From assembly GCA_023129075.1 (NCBI GenBank), contig JAGMCT010000011.1:1-24018 (forward strand): a stretch of 24,018 nt of DNA, read 5' to 3'. The stretch is from Candidatus Micrarchaeota archaeon. GTDB lineage: Archaea; Micrarchaeota; Micrarchaeia; Anstonellales; Bilamarchaeaceae. Each line of letters begins with the position of its first letter. Positions within the stretch are counted from its first letter, which is position 1. The notes under the pieces were generated by a model that searched no databases, was not told the origin of the DNA, and saw only the letters and a program-made list of their open reading frames with translations. Made by a program: the position numbers and the translations under genes. Positions 15,890 through 24,018 of the stretch are shown here, piece after piece.

Positions 15890-16444
15890 TCAATTCAGTA
15901 CCTTCCTTATCTTGTTTTTACTACTCAATTTCTGTGGTTTTCTCATTTCTATTTTCTGCAGTTCTCCGGTTTTCTCGTTCTCTTTCTTCATCCATTTTTT
16001 GTAGATTTTTTTTGAAAGTTGTTTTGCTTCTGCAGAACCCCTTATTTTTCTCAGGAATTGCAACAATTCTTTTTTTGTTTTGTACCCAGAAACAGTATTT
16101 ACTAAAGCCCGTGAAGAATCGTCCCTCACCTGCTCAACCTCATCTCTAAGTGCTTTTACAAGTGCAGGAACAGCAATAGAGATATCAATCTCTTTTTCAG
16201 CGATATCCCCCAGAGCTCCAGCAGCCCTTTCTCTCACTTCTCCATTCACATCAAAAAGATCTTTTATGAGCAGATTCAATACCCCTTTCTTCACCTTCTT
16301 CTGACTGTATTTCAGGTGCTCAGCACCGCTATCCGTAACTCTCCAATCCCAACCGGTAAGTTGCCCTTTTATAACATGAATCAAAGTCTCTTCATCGGTT
16401 TTTTCCGCTAAGCGTCGTTCCAATTTAAACCCGGTCTCATCCAT
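15890..16444 (-). CDS. HEAT-repeat (PBS-lyase HEAT-like) protein, paralog 2
   Basis: Repeats of the ...VRERAAGALGDIAEK... / ...VRDDSSRALVNT... type. It starts with a 1 nt overlap (TGATG) with the upstream paralog. Confidence 0.7.
   Translation of the reverse strand: MDETGFKLERRLAEKTDEETLIHVIKGQLTGWDWRVTDSGAEHLKYSQKKVKKGVLNLLIKDLFDVNGEVRERAAGALGDIAEKEIDISIAVPALVKALRDEVEQVRDDSSRALVNTVSGYKTKKELLQFLRKIRGSAEAKQLSKKIYKKWMKKENEKTGELQKIEMRKPQKLSSKNKIRKVLN
15952..16135. repeat. ~180 bp direct repeat copy A (3' portions of the tandem HEAT genes), ~90% identical to copy B at 16507-16690
   Basis: Read directly: CTGCAGTTCTCCGGTTTTCTCGTTCTCTTTCTTCATCCATTTTT...GTGAAGAATCGTCCC occurs at both loci. The upstream halves of the genes are much more diverged. 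Confidence 0.8.
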
Positions 16445-16977
16445 CAGTTCACCGTTTTCCTCAATTTCCTTTTCTCAGGTCCTTTTTCCGGTCTCTTCAT
16501 TTTTGGTTTCTGCAGTTCTCCGGTTTTCTCGTTCTCTTTCTTCATCCATTTTTCGTAGATTTTTTTTGAAAGTTGCTTTGCTTCTGCAGAACCCCTTATT
16601 TTTCTCAGGAATTGCAACAATTCTTTCTTTGTGCACTCCGGGACAGTATTTTCTAAAGCCCGTGAAGAATCGTCCCTTACCTGCCCAATTTTATCTTTAA
16701 GTGTTTTTACAAGTTCAGGAATAGCAATAGAAACATCCATACTTTTTTCAGCTATATGTCCCAAAGCCCCAGCAGCACTATCCCTAATTTCCCAATCCTT
16801 ATCAGAAAGCTTTTCTATAAGTAGATCCAATACCCCTTCCCTTATTCTTGCCGTCCTATATTTCAAGTTTTCAGCAGCACTATTTCTCTTCTCCCAATCC
16901 CAATCAAGAAGCTGCTCTGTTATAGCCCCAATCAACTGCTCTTTTACGTTCCCAAAGTTAAACCCAATCTCGTCCAT
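16444..16977 (-). CDS. HEAT-repeat (PBS-lyase HEAT-like) protein, paralog 1
   Basis: WEIRDSAAGALGHIAEK and VRDDSSRALENTV repeats. The C-terminal ~60 aa are nearly identical to the downstream paralog. Confidence 0.7.
   Translation of the reverse strand: MDEIGFNFGNVKEQLIGAITEQLLDWDWEKRNSAAENLKYRTARIREGVLDLLIEKLSDKDWEIRDSAAGALGHIAEKSMDVSIAIPELVKTLKDKIGQVRDDSSRALENTVPECTKKELLQFLRKIRGSAEAKQLSKKIYEKWMKKENEKTGELQKPKMKRPEKGPEKRKLRKTVN
16507..16690. repeat. ~180 bp direct repeat copy B
   Basis: Same as copy A, offset ~555 bp. Confidence 0.8.
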
Positions 16978-17086
16978 CAGTTAACCACCGCAATACTTTT
17001 ATAGCAACAACATATTTAAACATATCTTAAATACTGGAGAGTACCCCGTGAGTACTTCTTTAAACCTTTCTTTCTATTATTCACTC

Positions 17087-17494
17087 ATGATTCCTGAATC
17101 CAAATATATTGAATCCGAATTAATCCTCAGAAAGATGAGCCTCCCGGAAGAGGTTCTGCTTACAAGAAAATCCCTTATAAGATGGATTGCCCTTTCCCTG
17201 GGCCTTGTTTCCCCTCAGGAATCCAGAACAAACATCCTTGAACTGCTTGACCTTTTGATTAAGAATAAAGAAGGAATTACCGCAAAAGAGCTTTCTTCCC
17301 AGCTTTCAATGAGCGAAAAAACAATCTATTATCATCTTCAGAAATTAGTTGAAAACGGCTTCCTGAAAAGAAAAAAAGGAAGCTATTACATTTCTGATTC
17401 TTCTCTTTCCCAGGCAATAAAATCTGCCTACCAGGAAAGATTTGAGCTTTCTTTGAAGAATATCTCCAAAGCTCTGGATGAATTGGATAGATGA
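17087..17494 (+). CDS. Winged-helix transcriptional regulator (ArsR/TrmB-like HTH in C-terminal half)
   Basis: ITAKELSSQLSMSEKTIYYHLQKLVENGFLKRKKGSYYI is a helix-turn-helix plus wing. The start is uncertain (GTG 17048, ATG 17087 or ATG 17135). It is divergent from the HEAT pair. Confidence 0.5.
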   Translation: MIPESKYIESELILRKMSLPEEVLLTRKSLIRWIALSLGLVSPQESRTNILELLDLLIKNKEGITAKELSSQLSMSEKTIYYHLQKLVENGFLKRKKGSYYISDSSLSQAIKSAYQERFELSLKNISKALDELDR

Positions 17495-17550
17495 TTACAC
17501 ATTTTTTCATAAGGGTTAACTTTAAATAGATTTCTTCACACTAATTAATT

Positions 17551-18285
17551 ATGAGACCCAGAACCATCGGAAGGCCTTTTCTAATGAAGAACGGCAGGAG
17601 ATATAATCCCGGCAAGATAAAAGGACTGCACCACGTGGACCTGCTGTTTGATTCTATAAAGAATTTAAAAAGAGGAAGATTTTTTCAGTTGATAAAAGCA
17701 GGTGTTTCTCCAAATGTTTTGGATAAGAACGGTGCTTCTCCATTATGCGTGGCATTCTCCCGCAATAGAAAGATTGAAGCAGGGATTCTTCTTGAGAACA
17801 AAGCCGATGATGTATATGCTTTCAATAGGTATGCATCACCCATGTTTTCTCTTTATAATGAAAATCCAGAAATTTTCTCAAAACAAGCCAGACTAATGAT
17901 TGCATCCTCCCTGAATCTTGAAAAAGAGGTTTTTTCCCTTGTTCAGGAGGGAGTTTCTCTGAATATAACAAACCGATGGGGCGAATCTCCTCTAATGATT
18001 GCCTCTTATAATGGTAATTTAGATTTGGTTAGATTCATGAAAGAGTACGGTGCATTTCCTGATTTGATGACCCATGCAGGAAGAACCGCCTTTTTAATCT
18101 CAGTACAAAAAAAAGAATACAAAATTGTGGAATTTCTGCTTCCATATGCATCCAAAGAAGAAATCCAAAAAGCATGCAGGATTGCAAAGTGCACAAAGGA
18201 TGCAAAACTCAAATCCATATTAAGGAGACCTGCTTTTTATCCTCTCTTAAAATTCCTTAGAAATTTTTCCCAAACCGTATTCTGA
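17551..18285 (+). CDS. Ankyrin-repeat protein
   Basis: At least three ANK-like units (NGASPLCVAFSRNRKIEAGILLENKAD; NRWGESPLMIASYNGNLDLVRFMKEYGAFPDL; AGRTAFLISVQKKEYKIVEFLL). Confidence 0.7.
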   Translation: MRPRTIGRPFLMKNGRRYNPGKIKGLHHVDLLFDSIKNLKRGRFFQLIKAGVSPNVLDKNGASPLCVAFSRNRKIEAGILLENKADDVYAFNRYASPMFSLYNENPEIFSKQARLMIASSLNLEKEVFSLVQEGVSLNITNRWGESPLMIASYNGNLDLVRFMKEYGAFPDLMTHAGRTAFLISVQKKEYKIVEFLLPYASKEEIQKACRIAKCTKDAKLKSILRRPAFYPLLKFLRNFSQTVF

Positions 18286-18318
18286 ACATTATTAAACTTT
18301 TTCTTTCAATCTCTTTTC

Positions 18319-19560
18319 ATGGAAATTTCCGGTTTCTATAAACTTTCTGTAGATGAAAGGCTTGCATTGCTAAAAAAAGAAGGGATTCTTTCCGAGGGAG
18401 ATATAAAAATACTTTTGGATACAGGCTCACTTAAAATAGACAGAGCAGACCTGATGATTGAGAATGTTCTTGGTGTTTCGCATCTGCCCTTTGGCATAGC
18501 AACCAATTTCCGCATAAACAAAAAGGATTATCTTGTTCCGATGGTAATAGAAGAGCCTTCAGTAGTTGCAGCAGCATCCCATGGGGCAAAACTCATCCTT
18601 CCCGAAGGGTTTAGTGCCGAGGCAGATGAGCCCATAATGACAGGCCAGCTCCAAATAGTAGGTGTTTCCGAAGAAAGTCTGAATAAAATAGAAGAAAATA
18701 AAGAACTTATTTCTTCTCTTGCAAAGGAATACGCAAAACAGATGGAGGAATACGGAGGGGGATTCCGCTCTTTTTCAAGCAGGTTCCTGAAAACCAAAAG
18801 AGGAGGTATGCTTATCCTTGAATTTGAAATAGATGTACGGGATGCAATGGGCGCCAACACAGTAAATACTGTTATGGAATTGATAGCTCCATCTATTGCT
18901 GAGATGGTTGAAGGAAAATCACGCCTAAGAATACTCACCAATCTGGCAATAAAAAGAAAGGCAAGGGCAAAGGCAGTATGGAAAAAAGAGGTAATTGGAG
19001 AGGAAACAATAGAAGGAATTCTGGACTGCTATGAGATGGCAAGAAATGATGTATTCAGATGCGCAACACATAATAAAGGAACAATGAACGGGATAGATGC
19101 TGTTGCCCTGGCAACAGGAAATGACTGGAGGGCTGTTGAAGCAGGAGCTCATTCCTTTGCTTCTTTAGAGGGTTACTCCCCCCTAACTCATTTTGAAAAA
19201 AATAAAAGCGGAGATCTTGCCGGGAGGATAGAAATTCCGCTTGCGGTAGGCACTATAGGAGGCGCAATAAATTCTCTCCCAACATCCGGCATAGCATTAA
19301 AAATATTGGGAGTAAACTCAGCAAAGGAGCTTTCTATGGTAATGGCTTCTGTTGGCCTTGCCCAGAACCTCTCTGCGTTAAAGGCACTTTCTACAGAAGG
19401 AATACAAAAGGGCCATATGAAACTGCATGCAAGGAACATTGCAATACTTGCGGGTGCAGGAGGACCGCAGGAGATTGATACCCTAGCAGATAAGCTCATT
19501 GAGGAAAAGAAATTTAATTTAAACCGTGCTAAGGAACTTCTACAGGAGATGAGAGCATGA
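18319..19560 (+). CDS. hmgA: 3-hydroxy-3-methylglutaryl-CoA reductase, class I (archaeal type)
   Basis: The HMGR motifs EEPSVVAAASHGAK, DAMGANTVNTVME and GTIGG, the NAD(P)H region and the catalytic H (KGHMKLHARN) are all present. Length is 413 aa. Confidence 0.92.
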   Translation: MEISGFYKLSVDERLALLKKEGILSEGDIKILLDTGSLKIDRADLMIENVLGVSHLPFGIATNFRINKKDYLVPMVIEEPSVVAAASHGAKLILPEGFSAEADEPIMTGQLQIVGVSEESLNKIEENKELISSLAKEYAKQMEEYGGGFRSFSSRFLKTKRGGMLILEFEIDVRDAMGANTVNTVMELIAPSIAEMVEGKSRLRILTNLAIKRKARAKAVWKKEVIGEETIEGILDCYEMARNDVFRCATHNKGTMNGIDAVALATGNDWRAVEAGAHSFASLEGYSPLTHFEKNKSGDLAGRIEIPLAVGTIGGAINSLPTSGIALKILGVNSAKELSMVMASVGLAQNLSALKALSTEGIQKGHMKLHARNIAILAGAGGPQEIDTLADKLIEEKKFNLNRAKELLQEMRA

Positions 19561-20978
19561 AAATTGATATATATGCTATTGCGAGTTTGTTGATTCCATT
19601 TGTTCTTTTATTATTTTTCTATTCGGGTATCTCAGAACAAGGTTATGGAGAGTTGGGTTTTTTTTCATACGTCCCCCAGGAATACCTTGGTTTAATTTCA
19701 TTAATTTCTCTCTCAGTTTCAGCATGTTTGTTTTATTTTGTATTCAGCAGGCACATAAAAAAACCAGAGGCGTTTCTGCTTTCCCTTATGGTTGCAACCA
19801 CCCCTCCATTATTTCTGAGTTCAACATTCCTGCTTTCAGGAAATTTTCTAACTGCATTTCTGCTTTCTGCAATAGGTTTTTACCTTATGGAAAGCCGGTT
19901 TTTTACCTTATCTTTTATTCCTTTTATAGGAATGGTCTGCCTTTATCCTGCCTCTTTTTTCATTCCTCTTACGCTTGCAGCCTATAATTATTTCAGCAAA
20001 GGCTGGGCCTCTTTGCTTTATCTGATTCCAGCTTTTTTCCTCTTTCTTAGCCTTGAATTTCCCATTTACCTGCCTTACTGGTTTGCACCGTTCATTGCAT
20101 TTTCAATTCCTCTTCTTTTTGAAAAGACAGAAGAAAGGCTTCTTTTTGCAGGCTCTTTAATTTCAATGTTTTTTCCAATGGGTTTTCCACTAATACTTTT
20201 TTCTTCTGTTCTTGGAATCAAATACCTTGTAAAAAGAGGTCTCAAAATTCCGCATCTTTTATTCATGTTTCTTGCTTTCCTTTCCTTTGCATTTGTTTCC
20301 TTTGACCCTTTGAAAGGAGCAATCATCGGCCTTTTTGCTTTTATACTATTCTATCCTGTTGCTCTGCTTTACAACCTAAAATATGAGCAGATTTTCCATC
20401 TTGTTTTTTCTGCACTTGTAATACTTTCTTTGTTTACTGCTTTCTCGCTTTCATCTGCCCGTTCCGTTGATGGAGAAAAGATAATAATTCCATCCGAGGA
20501 AACACTTTCACTTTATTCTTCTGAAAAGGGCGCGGTTCTTGCATATTCTAATACATATTCCTATCTTTCAGGTGAAAATCCAGTTTTACTTAACAAAACC
20601 ACAGCAGGGATAAAACGGGTGCTGGTTTCTTCTGATTCACTTGACCTTTATTTTGAAGGAAGCCCTGCTATTTTCTCTTACACAGGAACAACCACACACA
20701 ACGAAAAAACATATGCACAATTCTCCAATTCAATGTATGTTCTGCTTATGCTTCCTTCAGGAGAAGAGCTAGCGCTTGCAGACGCACTACTTTTTTCTAA
20801 TATTGGAGGAACAAAGATTCCGTTTACACATGTTTTTCTTCTTGATAATGAGCTCCCATTTTATAGTCCGGACAACAGAGTAATTCTTAGGGAGGGAATA
20901 GAAAACACTCCATTTGAGGAGGTTTTTGCCTGGACTCTTAAAAAGGTTGCAGACGGCCAGTATATTTTTGAGAGGTAA
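19557..20978 (+). CDS. Polytopic integral membrane protein with C-terminal soluble domain; possible GT-C-fold glycosyltransferase
   Basis: There are ~11-12 hydrophobic helices in the first 300 aa and then a ~170 aa hydrophilic domain. The start overlaps the hmgA stop (ATGA). No AglB WWDYG motif is present, so it is not a canonical oligosaccharyltransferase. Confidence 0.55.
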   Translation: MKIDIYAIASLLIPFVLLLFFYSGISEQGYGELGFFSYVPQEYLGLISLISLSVSACLFYFVFSRHIKKPEAFLLSLMVATTPPLFLSSTFLLSGNFLTAFLLSAIGFYLMESRFFTLSFIPFIGMVCLYPASFFIPLTLAAYNYFSKGWASLLYLIPAFFLFLSLEFPIYLPYWFAPFIAFSIPLLFEKTEERLLFAGSLISMFFPMGFPLILFSSVLGIKYLVKRGLKIPHLLFMFLAFLSFAFVSFDPLKGAIIGLFAFILFYPVALLYNLKYEQIFHLVFSALVILSLFTAFSLSSARSVDGEKIIIPSEETLSLYSSEKGAVLAYSNTYSYLSGENPVLLNKTTAGIKRVLVSSDSLDLYFEGSPAIFSYTGTTTHNEKTYAQFSNSMYVLLMLPSGEELALADALLFSNIGGTKIPFTHVFLLDNELPFYSPDNRVILREGIENTPFEEVFAWTLKKVADGQYIFER

Positions 20979-20982
20979 TCCA

Positions 20983-21948
20983 ATGCTTTTTTATATTGCT
21001 ATATTTGTTCTTTCCTTTCTTGTTACATTTCTTTTTCTTAGGGTGCTTATTCCGCGCCTGAAAAGATTTGGTTTTAAGGGAAGGGATGTAAACAAGAAGG
21101 GAAAACCTGAGGTTGCTGAGATGGGAGGCATTGCCATCGTTGCAGGGTTGACAGCAGGAATACTCCTTGCAATATTCTTCCATACAATTGACTCCTATTC
21201 CATAAACCTTCCTTTCATCTTGGCCGGCTTAATAACCATACTCTCACTTGCTTTCATAGGAATCCTTGATGACCTTTTGGATATTCCGCAGGCAGTGAAG
21301 GCATTCCTCCCCATTTTTGCAGCCATTCCTCTAATTGCTGTTACTGCTGCAGGAAGCACCGCTATGAGCTTTCCTTTTATAGGAACTGTTGATTTCGGCT
21401 TGTTTTATCTCCTTATTCTTGTTCCCATAGGGATTGCTGTTGCATCAAATCTCACAAACATGCTTGCAGGTTTCAACGGCATGGAATCGGGAATGGGAAT
21501 TGTTATCTTTGCAGTGATGTCCCTGCTCGGGTTTTCAAATGGAAACCATGAGATTCTCATCTTTAGTATTCCAATGCTTGCTGCTCTTATCGGTTTTTTC
21601 CCGTACAATATTGTGCCTGCGAAGGTATTCCCCGGGGATGTTGGAAACCTTACAATAGGCGCGACACTTGCAACCGCAGTAATCATCGGAAACCTTGAGA
21701 GTGCAGGAGCAATCCTTATGGTTCCATTTGTAATAGATTTTTTCATTAAGCTGTGGAATAAATTCCCGAATAAGAACTGGTGGGGCGAACTTAAAGAAGG
21801 TAAGCTTTATCCTCTTGGAGGAAAGGTCCGGGGTTTTGCCCAGCTTGTAATGAAGCTCTTCAACGGCATTGAAGAGTACAAATTAACCTTAGTATTCATG
21901 TTCATTGAGCTTTTCTTTGGTTTGGTTGTAATATGGCTTTACTTCTGA
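20983..21948 (+). CDS. UDP-GlcNAc:polyprenol-phosphate GlcNAc-1-phosphate transferase (MraY/WecA/AglH family, GPT)
   Basis: Motifs DDxxD-like ILDDLLDIP, NLTNMLAGFNGMESGMG and VFPGDVGNLTIGATLA (family VFMGDxGS) are present. The start was moved to the ATG at 20983 after a GAGAGGT RBS-like motif. The 20914 start would overlap the upstream gene by 65 nt. Confidence 0.8.
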   Translation: MLFYIAIFVLSFLVTFLFLRVLIPRLKRFGFKGRDVNKKGKPEVAEMGGIAIVAGLTAGILLAIFFHTIDSYSINLPFILAGLITILSLAFIGILDDLLDIPQAVKAFLPIFAAIPLIAVTAAGSTAMSFPFIGTVDFGLFYLLILVPIGIAVASNLTNMLAGFNGMESGMGIVIFAVMSLLGFSNGNHEILIFSIPMLAALIGFFPYNIVPAKVFPGDVGNLTIGATLATAVIIGNLESAGAILMVPFVIDFFIKLWNKFPNKNWWGELKEGKLYPLGGKVRGFAQLVMKLFNGIEEYKLTLVFMFIELFFGLVVIWLYF

Positions 21949-22019
21949 GCGGTAGTAGTCTAGTGGTAGGATTCTGGCTTCCCAAGCCAGCAACCCGGGT
22001 TCGAGCCCCGGCTACCGCA
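21949..22019 (+). tRNA. tRNA-Gly (anticodon CCC)
   Basis: GCGGTAG TA GTCT AGTGGTA GGAT T CTGGC TTCCCAA GCCAG CAAC CCGGG TTCGAGC CCCGG CTACCGC A folds into a clean cloverleaf. It begins on the nucleotide after the stop codon of the upstream gene. Confidence 0.85.
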
Positions 22020-22096
22020 TGAATTTTTAATATAATATTTTACAAAATAGTTTTACAAAATTAAAATAAAAAAAGAAGAAAAAAAGAGAAGAGAGA

Positions 22097-23188
22097 TTAA
22101 CCAAGCATCTCAAGCTCTTCTGTATAGGATGCCAATTCATCATCTTCTGAATCGCCCTCTCCAGCTGAACCAAGAATGCTTGCTCCCTTAACTCCGGTAA
22201 CAATTGCAACAATCTCAAGCTTTCCATCGTAGTTCTGCATTATTCTTGACCCCCATTTTACGTTTGCTTCAGCATCCATTCTTTCTGTAATTATCTCTCC
22301 TGCTTTTATAGCATCTCCGAGTGTGAGGTCAGAACCTCCAGAAATGTGGATTATTGCACCCTTTGCACCTTCAAAGTCAACATCAAGCAGTTTGTTTTTG
22401 ATTACTCCTTCAGCAGCTGCATTGACTCGTTCGTTTCCTTTTCCTTCACCTACAGCAATGAATCCGACTCCTCCACCCTGCATGATTGCTCTTACATCAG
22501 CAAAGTCTATGTTAATAAGTGACGGCTGTGTAATGGTCCATACAAGTCCGGAGATTGCTCTTGCAAGAATTTCATCAGCAACAGCGAATGCCTCGGTCAT
22601 TGGAAGGTTTGGAACCAGTTTAACCAATCTATTATTGTCAATGATAATTACTGAATCGCAGTTCTTTCTCAATTTTGCAATAGATTCATCTGCCTTCTTC
22701 TTTCTTGCTCTCTCCAAAGCAAATGGATAGGTTACCATTGCAACTGTGATTGCACCCTGCTCTTTTGCAATCTGTGCTACAATAGGTGCTGCTCCTCCTC
22801 CTGTTCCTCCGCCCATTCCTGCGCAGATAAACACAAGGTGTGCTCCTTCAAGTTCTTTTTCAATAAGTGGTCTGTCAACTTCAGCAGATTTTTCTCCCTG
22901 GTCAGGATAACCACCTGCACCAAGTCCCTTTGTGATGCTTTTACCAATCAACACCTTCTTTGATTTTTCGTGCACGATGTTGAGGTGCTGTCTATCTGTG
23001 TTAATTGCTACAAGTTCTGTTCCCTTTACTCCTGTTTTAATCAGCCTGTTGATGGTATTGTTTCCTGCTCCACCTACACCTACCGTGACAATCTTGATTG
23101 TCTCGGAACTCATGCCCTCATCACCCGCGTCCTTTTCCAAGGATGACGGATTACTTTCCCCAATTACAGATTTTATCAGATCTTCCAT
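22097..23188 (-). CDS. ftsZ: Cell division GTPase FtsZ
   Basis: The N-terminal [13 protein letters not shown], the tubulin signature [17 protein letters not shown], the T7 loop NIDFADVR and an acidic C-terminal tail are all present. Confidence 0.92.
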   Translation of the reverse strand: MEDLIKSVIGESNPSSLEKDAGDEGMSSETIKIVTVGVGGAGNNTINRLIKTGVKGTELVAINTDRQHLNIVHEKSKKVLIGKSITKGLGAGGYPDQGEKSAEVDRPLIEKELEGAHLVFICAGMGGGTGGGAAPIVAQIAKEQGAITVAMVTYPFALERARKKKADESIAKLRKNCDSVIIIDNNRLVKLVPNLPMTEAFAVADEILARAISGLVWTITQPSLINIDFADVRAIMQGGGVGFIAVGEGKGNERVNAAAEGVIKNKLLDVDFEGAKGAIIHISGGSDLTLGDAIKAGEIITERMDAEANVKWGSRIMQNYDGKLEIVAIVTGVKGASILGSAGEGDSEDDELASYTEELEMLG

Positions 23189-23223
23189 ATATATCGCCTT
23201 GTACCTATGATACCGTTAAGCCC

Positions 23224-23233
23224 ATTTAAATAC
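23224..23233 (-). promoter_or_regulatory. TATA-like box (TATTTAAAT on minus strand) ~40 bp upstream of the ftsZ start
   Basis: An AT-rich TATA-like octamer at the appropriate distance. There is no experimental support. Confidence 0.3.
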
Positions 23234-23339
23234 TTTATTTTTTCTCTCGTGAGGGGTTTTCAACTTTTTTTCTTTTTTTCACACTTTTTTTTTGTTACAG
23301 TCGAAAGGGTTTTAAATGTATTTACTAAATGTATTTACT

Positions 23340-23555
23340 ATGGTTAGGGTAATTACAATCCGCGACGATGTCTATTCGGAGCTTTCCAAACTAAAGAAAA
23401 AGAAGGGAATGAGTTTCAGCCTGGCTATAGAATATCTCTTAAAAGAAAAAAGAATTAAGAGTGCAGGACTGATGGATTTTGCAGGTTCTCTTTCGGAAAA
23501 AGAGATAGACAGAAGATTTTTGTTAAGAGAAAAAACAAGGTGGAAGGATGGTTAA
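23340..23555 (+). CDS. vapB: VapB-like antitoxin (small DNA-binding protein)
   Basis: MVRVITIRDDVYSELSKLKKKKGMSFSLAIEYLL resembles the N-terminus of the VapB at 4010. It has an 8 nt overlap with the downstream PIN gene. Alternative in-frame ATGs at 23316/23331 lie inside a tandem 14 bp repeat. Confidence 0.55.
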   Translation: MVRVITIRDDVYSELSKLKKKKGMSFSLAIEYLLKEKRIKSAGLMDFAGSLSEKEIDRRFLLREKTRWKDG

Positions 23556-23907
23556 GATTTGCCTTGACACCGATGTTGTTCTGGATTTTCTAAGAGGAGA
23601 ACAGAATACTGTTGAGAAAATAAGTTATTACACTCAAAATGAAGAATTATGCATAACTTCCATAACATTTTTTGAACTTCTTAGTGCAGTACAGAACAAG
23701 GCGAAGGTGGTTGGGTTGCTTGAGAGTCTCACTCTCCTTTCTTTTGATAGGGCTGCTGCTTATGAAGCCTATAAATTAAACAATCTTTACCCTGCCAGGA
23801 AAATAAGAGAACTTTTTATTGCAGGGGCATGCACCTCAAATAAGGCGCTTCTTTTTACTAAGAGCAGGCAATTCTATGAAGGGATTGTTGACCTGAAACT
23901 TGTATAG
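23548..23907 (+). CDS. vapC: PIN-domain toxin VapC
   Basis: The N-terminal ICLDTDVVLDFL motif (PIN catalytic Asp), the ~119 aa size and the overlap with the upstream antitoxin gene all fit VapC. Confidence 0.7.
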   Translation: MVKICLDTDVVLDFLRGEQNTVEKISYYTQNEELCITSITFFELLSAVQNKAKVVGLLESLTLLSFDRAAAYEAYKLNNLYPARKIRELFIAGACTSNKALLFTKSRQFYEGIVDLKLV

Positions 23908-23908
23908 T

Positions 23909-24018
23909 TCAAATCTTTTCAATCTTTCCATTTCTGCCAGGAGAAACTTTTAGTTCTTCCTGAAATTCAGAAACCCATCCATTAGATATTTTTATCTTGT
24001 CTCCTTTTGAATAAGCTG
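23909..24018 (-). CDS. 3'-terminal fragment of a minus-strand CDS that continues beyond the window end
   Basis: An open frame on the minus strand runs from the window edge to TGA (plus coordinates 23909-23911) and encodes ...AYSKGDKIKISNGWVSEFQEELKVSPGRNGKIEKI*. It is too short to classify. Confidence 0.3.
   Translation of the reverse strand, partial: AYSKGDKIKISNGWVSEFQEELKVSPGRNGKIEKI

Noticed and set aside
18336-19499. Minus-strand ORFs inside hmgA (18336-18521, 18528-18941, 18925-19152, 19188-19499)
   Set aside because: They are antisense to HMG-CoA reductase, which carries the diagnostic motifs.
19557-20978. Calling the polytopic membrane protein an AglB/STT3 oligosaccharyltransferase
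   Set aside because: There is no WWDYG motif, and the length (473 aa) is far short of AglB. It is kept only as a generic GT-C-like candidate.
22027-22227. 66 aa minus-strand ORF overlapping the ftsZ 3' end and the AT-rich terminator zone
   Set aside because: It is out of frame with ftsZ and covers a poly-A/T intergenic region. This is a low-complexity artefact.
22323-23210. Plus-strand ORFs 22323-22730 and 22932-23210
   Set aside because: They are antisense to ftsZ.
1-24018. CRISPR arrays, transposases, integrases or prophage genes
   Set aside because: I found no regularly spaced direct repeats with unique spacers. No product has transposase DDE/HTH-like or tyrosine/serine recombinase motifs. 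The only sizeable repeat is the intragenic HEAT-gene duplication.

Overview
This is a gene-dense, AT-rich 24 kb window that looks archaeal. Archaeal hallmarks read directly from the sequence are an intron-containing tRNA-Trp, a class III signal-peptide (DUF361-type) pilin, an archaeal CTP-type riboflavin kinase fused to an HTH, a class I HMG-CoA reductase, a DUF359 dephospho-CoA kinase, and a canonical C/D-box sRNA. Lysine-rich proteins, short intergenic spacers and frequent ATGA start/stop overlaps suggest a small-genome (DPANN-like) archaeon; that is inference. Housekeeping genes are purE, folD, hmgA, ftsZ, a GlmM/ManB-family phosphohexomutase, sppA, an SPFH/stomatin protein, a TrmI-like tRNA methyltransferase and a GlcNAc-1-P transferase (AglH/MraY family). 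There are also tRNA-Gly(CCC) and tRNA-Trp(CCA, with a ~20 nt intron). Accessory content includes two vapBC (RHH + PIN) toxin-antitoxin pairs, a DUF5320 / NifX-like / DUF134 tricistron, and a Vps4-like (meiotic-clade) AAA ATPase with an N-terminal TPR array that is divergent from a pilin + small membrane protein pair. It also includes two tandem HEAT-repeat paralogs sharing a ~180 bp near-identical DNA segment, a wHTH regulator, an ankyrin-repeat protein, a cysteine-rich small secreted protein, and a large acidic membrane-anchored protein. I found no CRISPR array, transposase or integrase. An unusually GC-rich, hairpin-dense ~300 bp non-coding stretch follows the C/D-box sRNA and is a candidate structured RNA of unknown class. 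Several start codons in the supplied ORF track are too far upstream: they run through tRNAs or neighbouring genes and have been corrected below.
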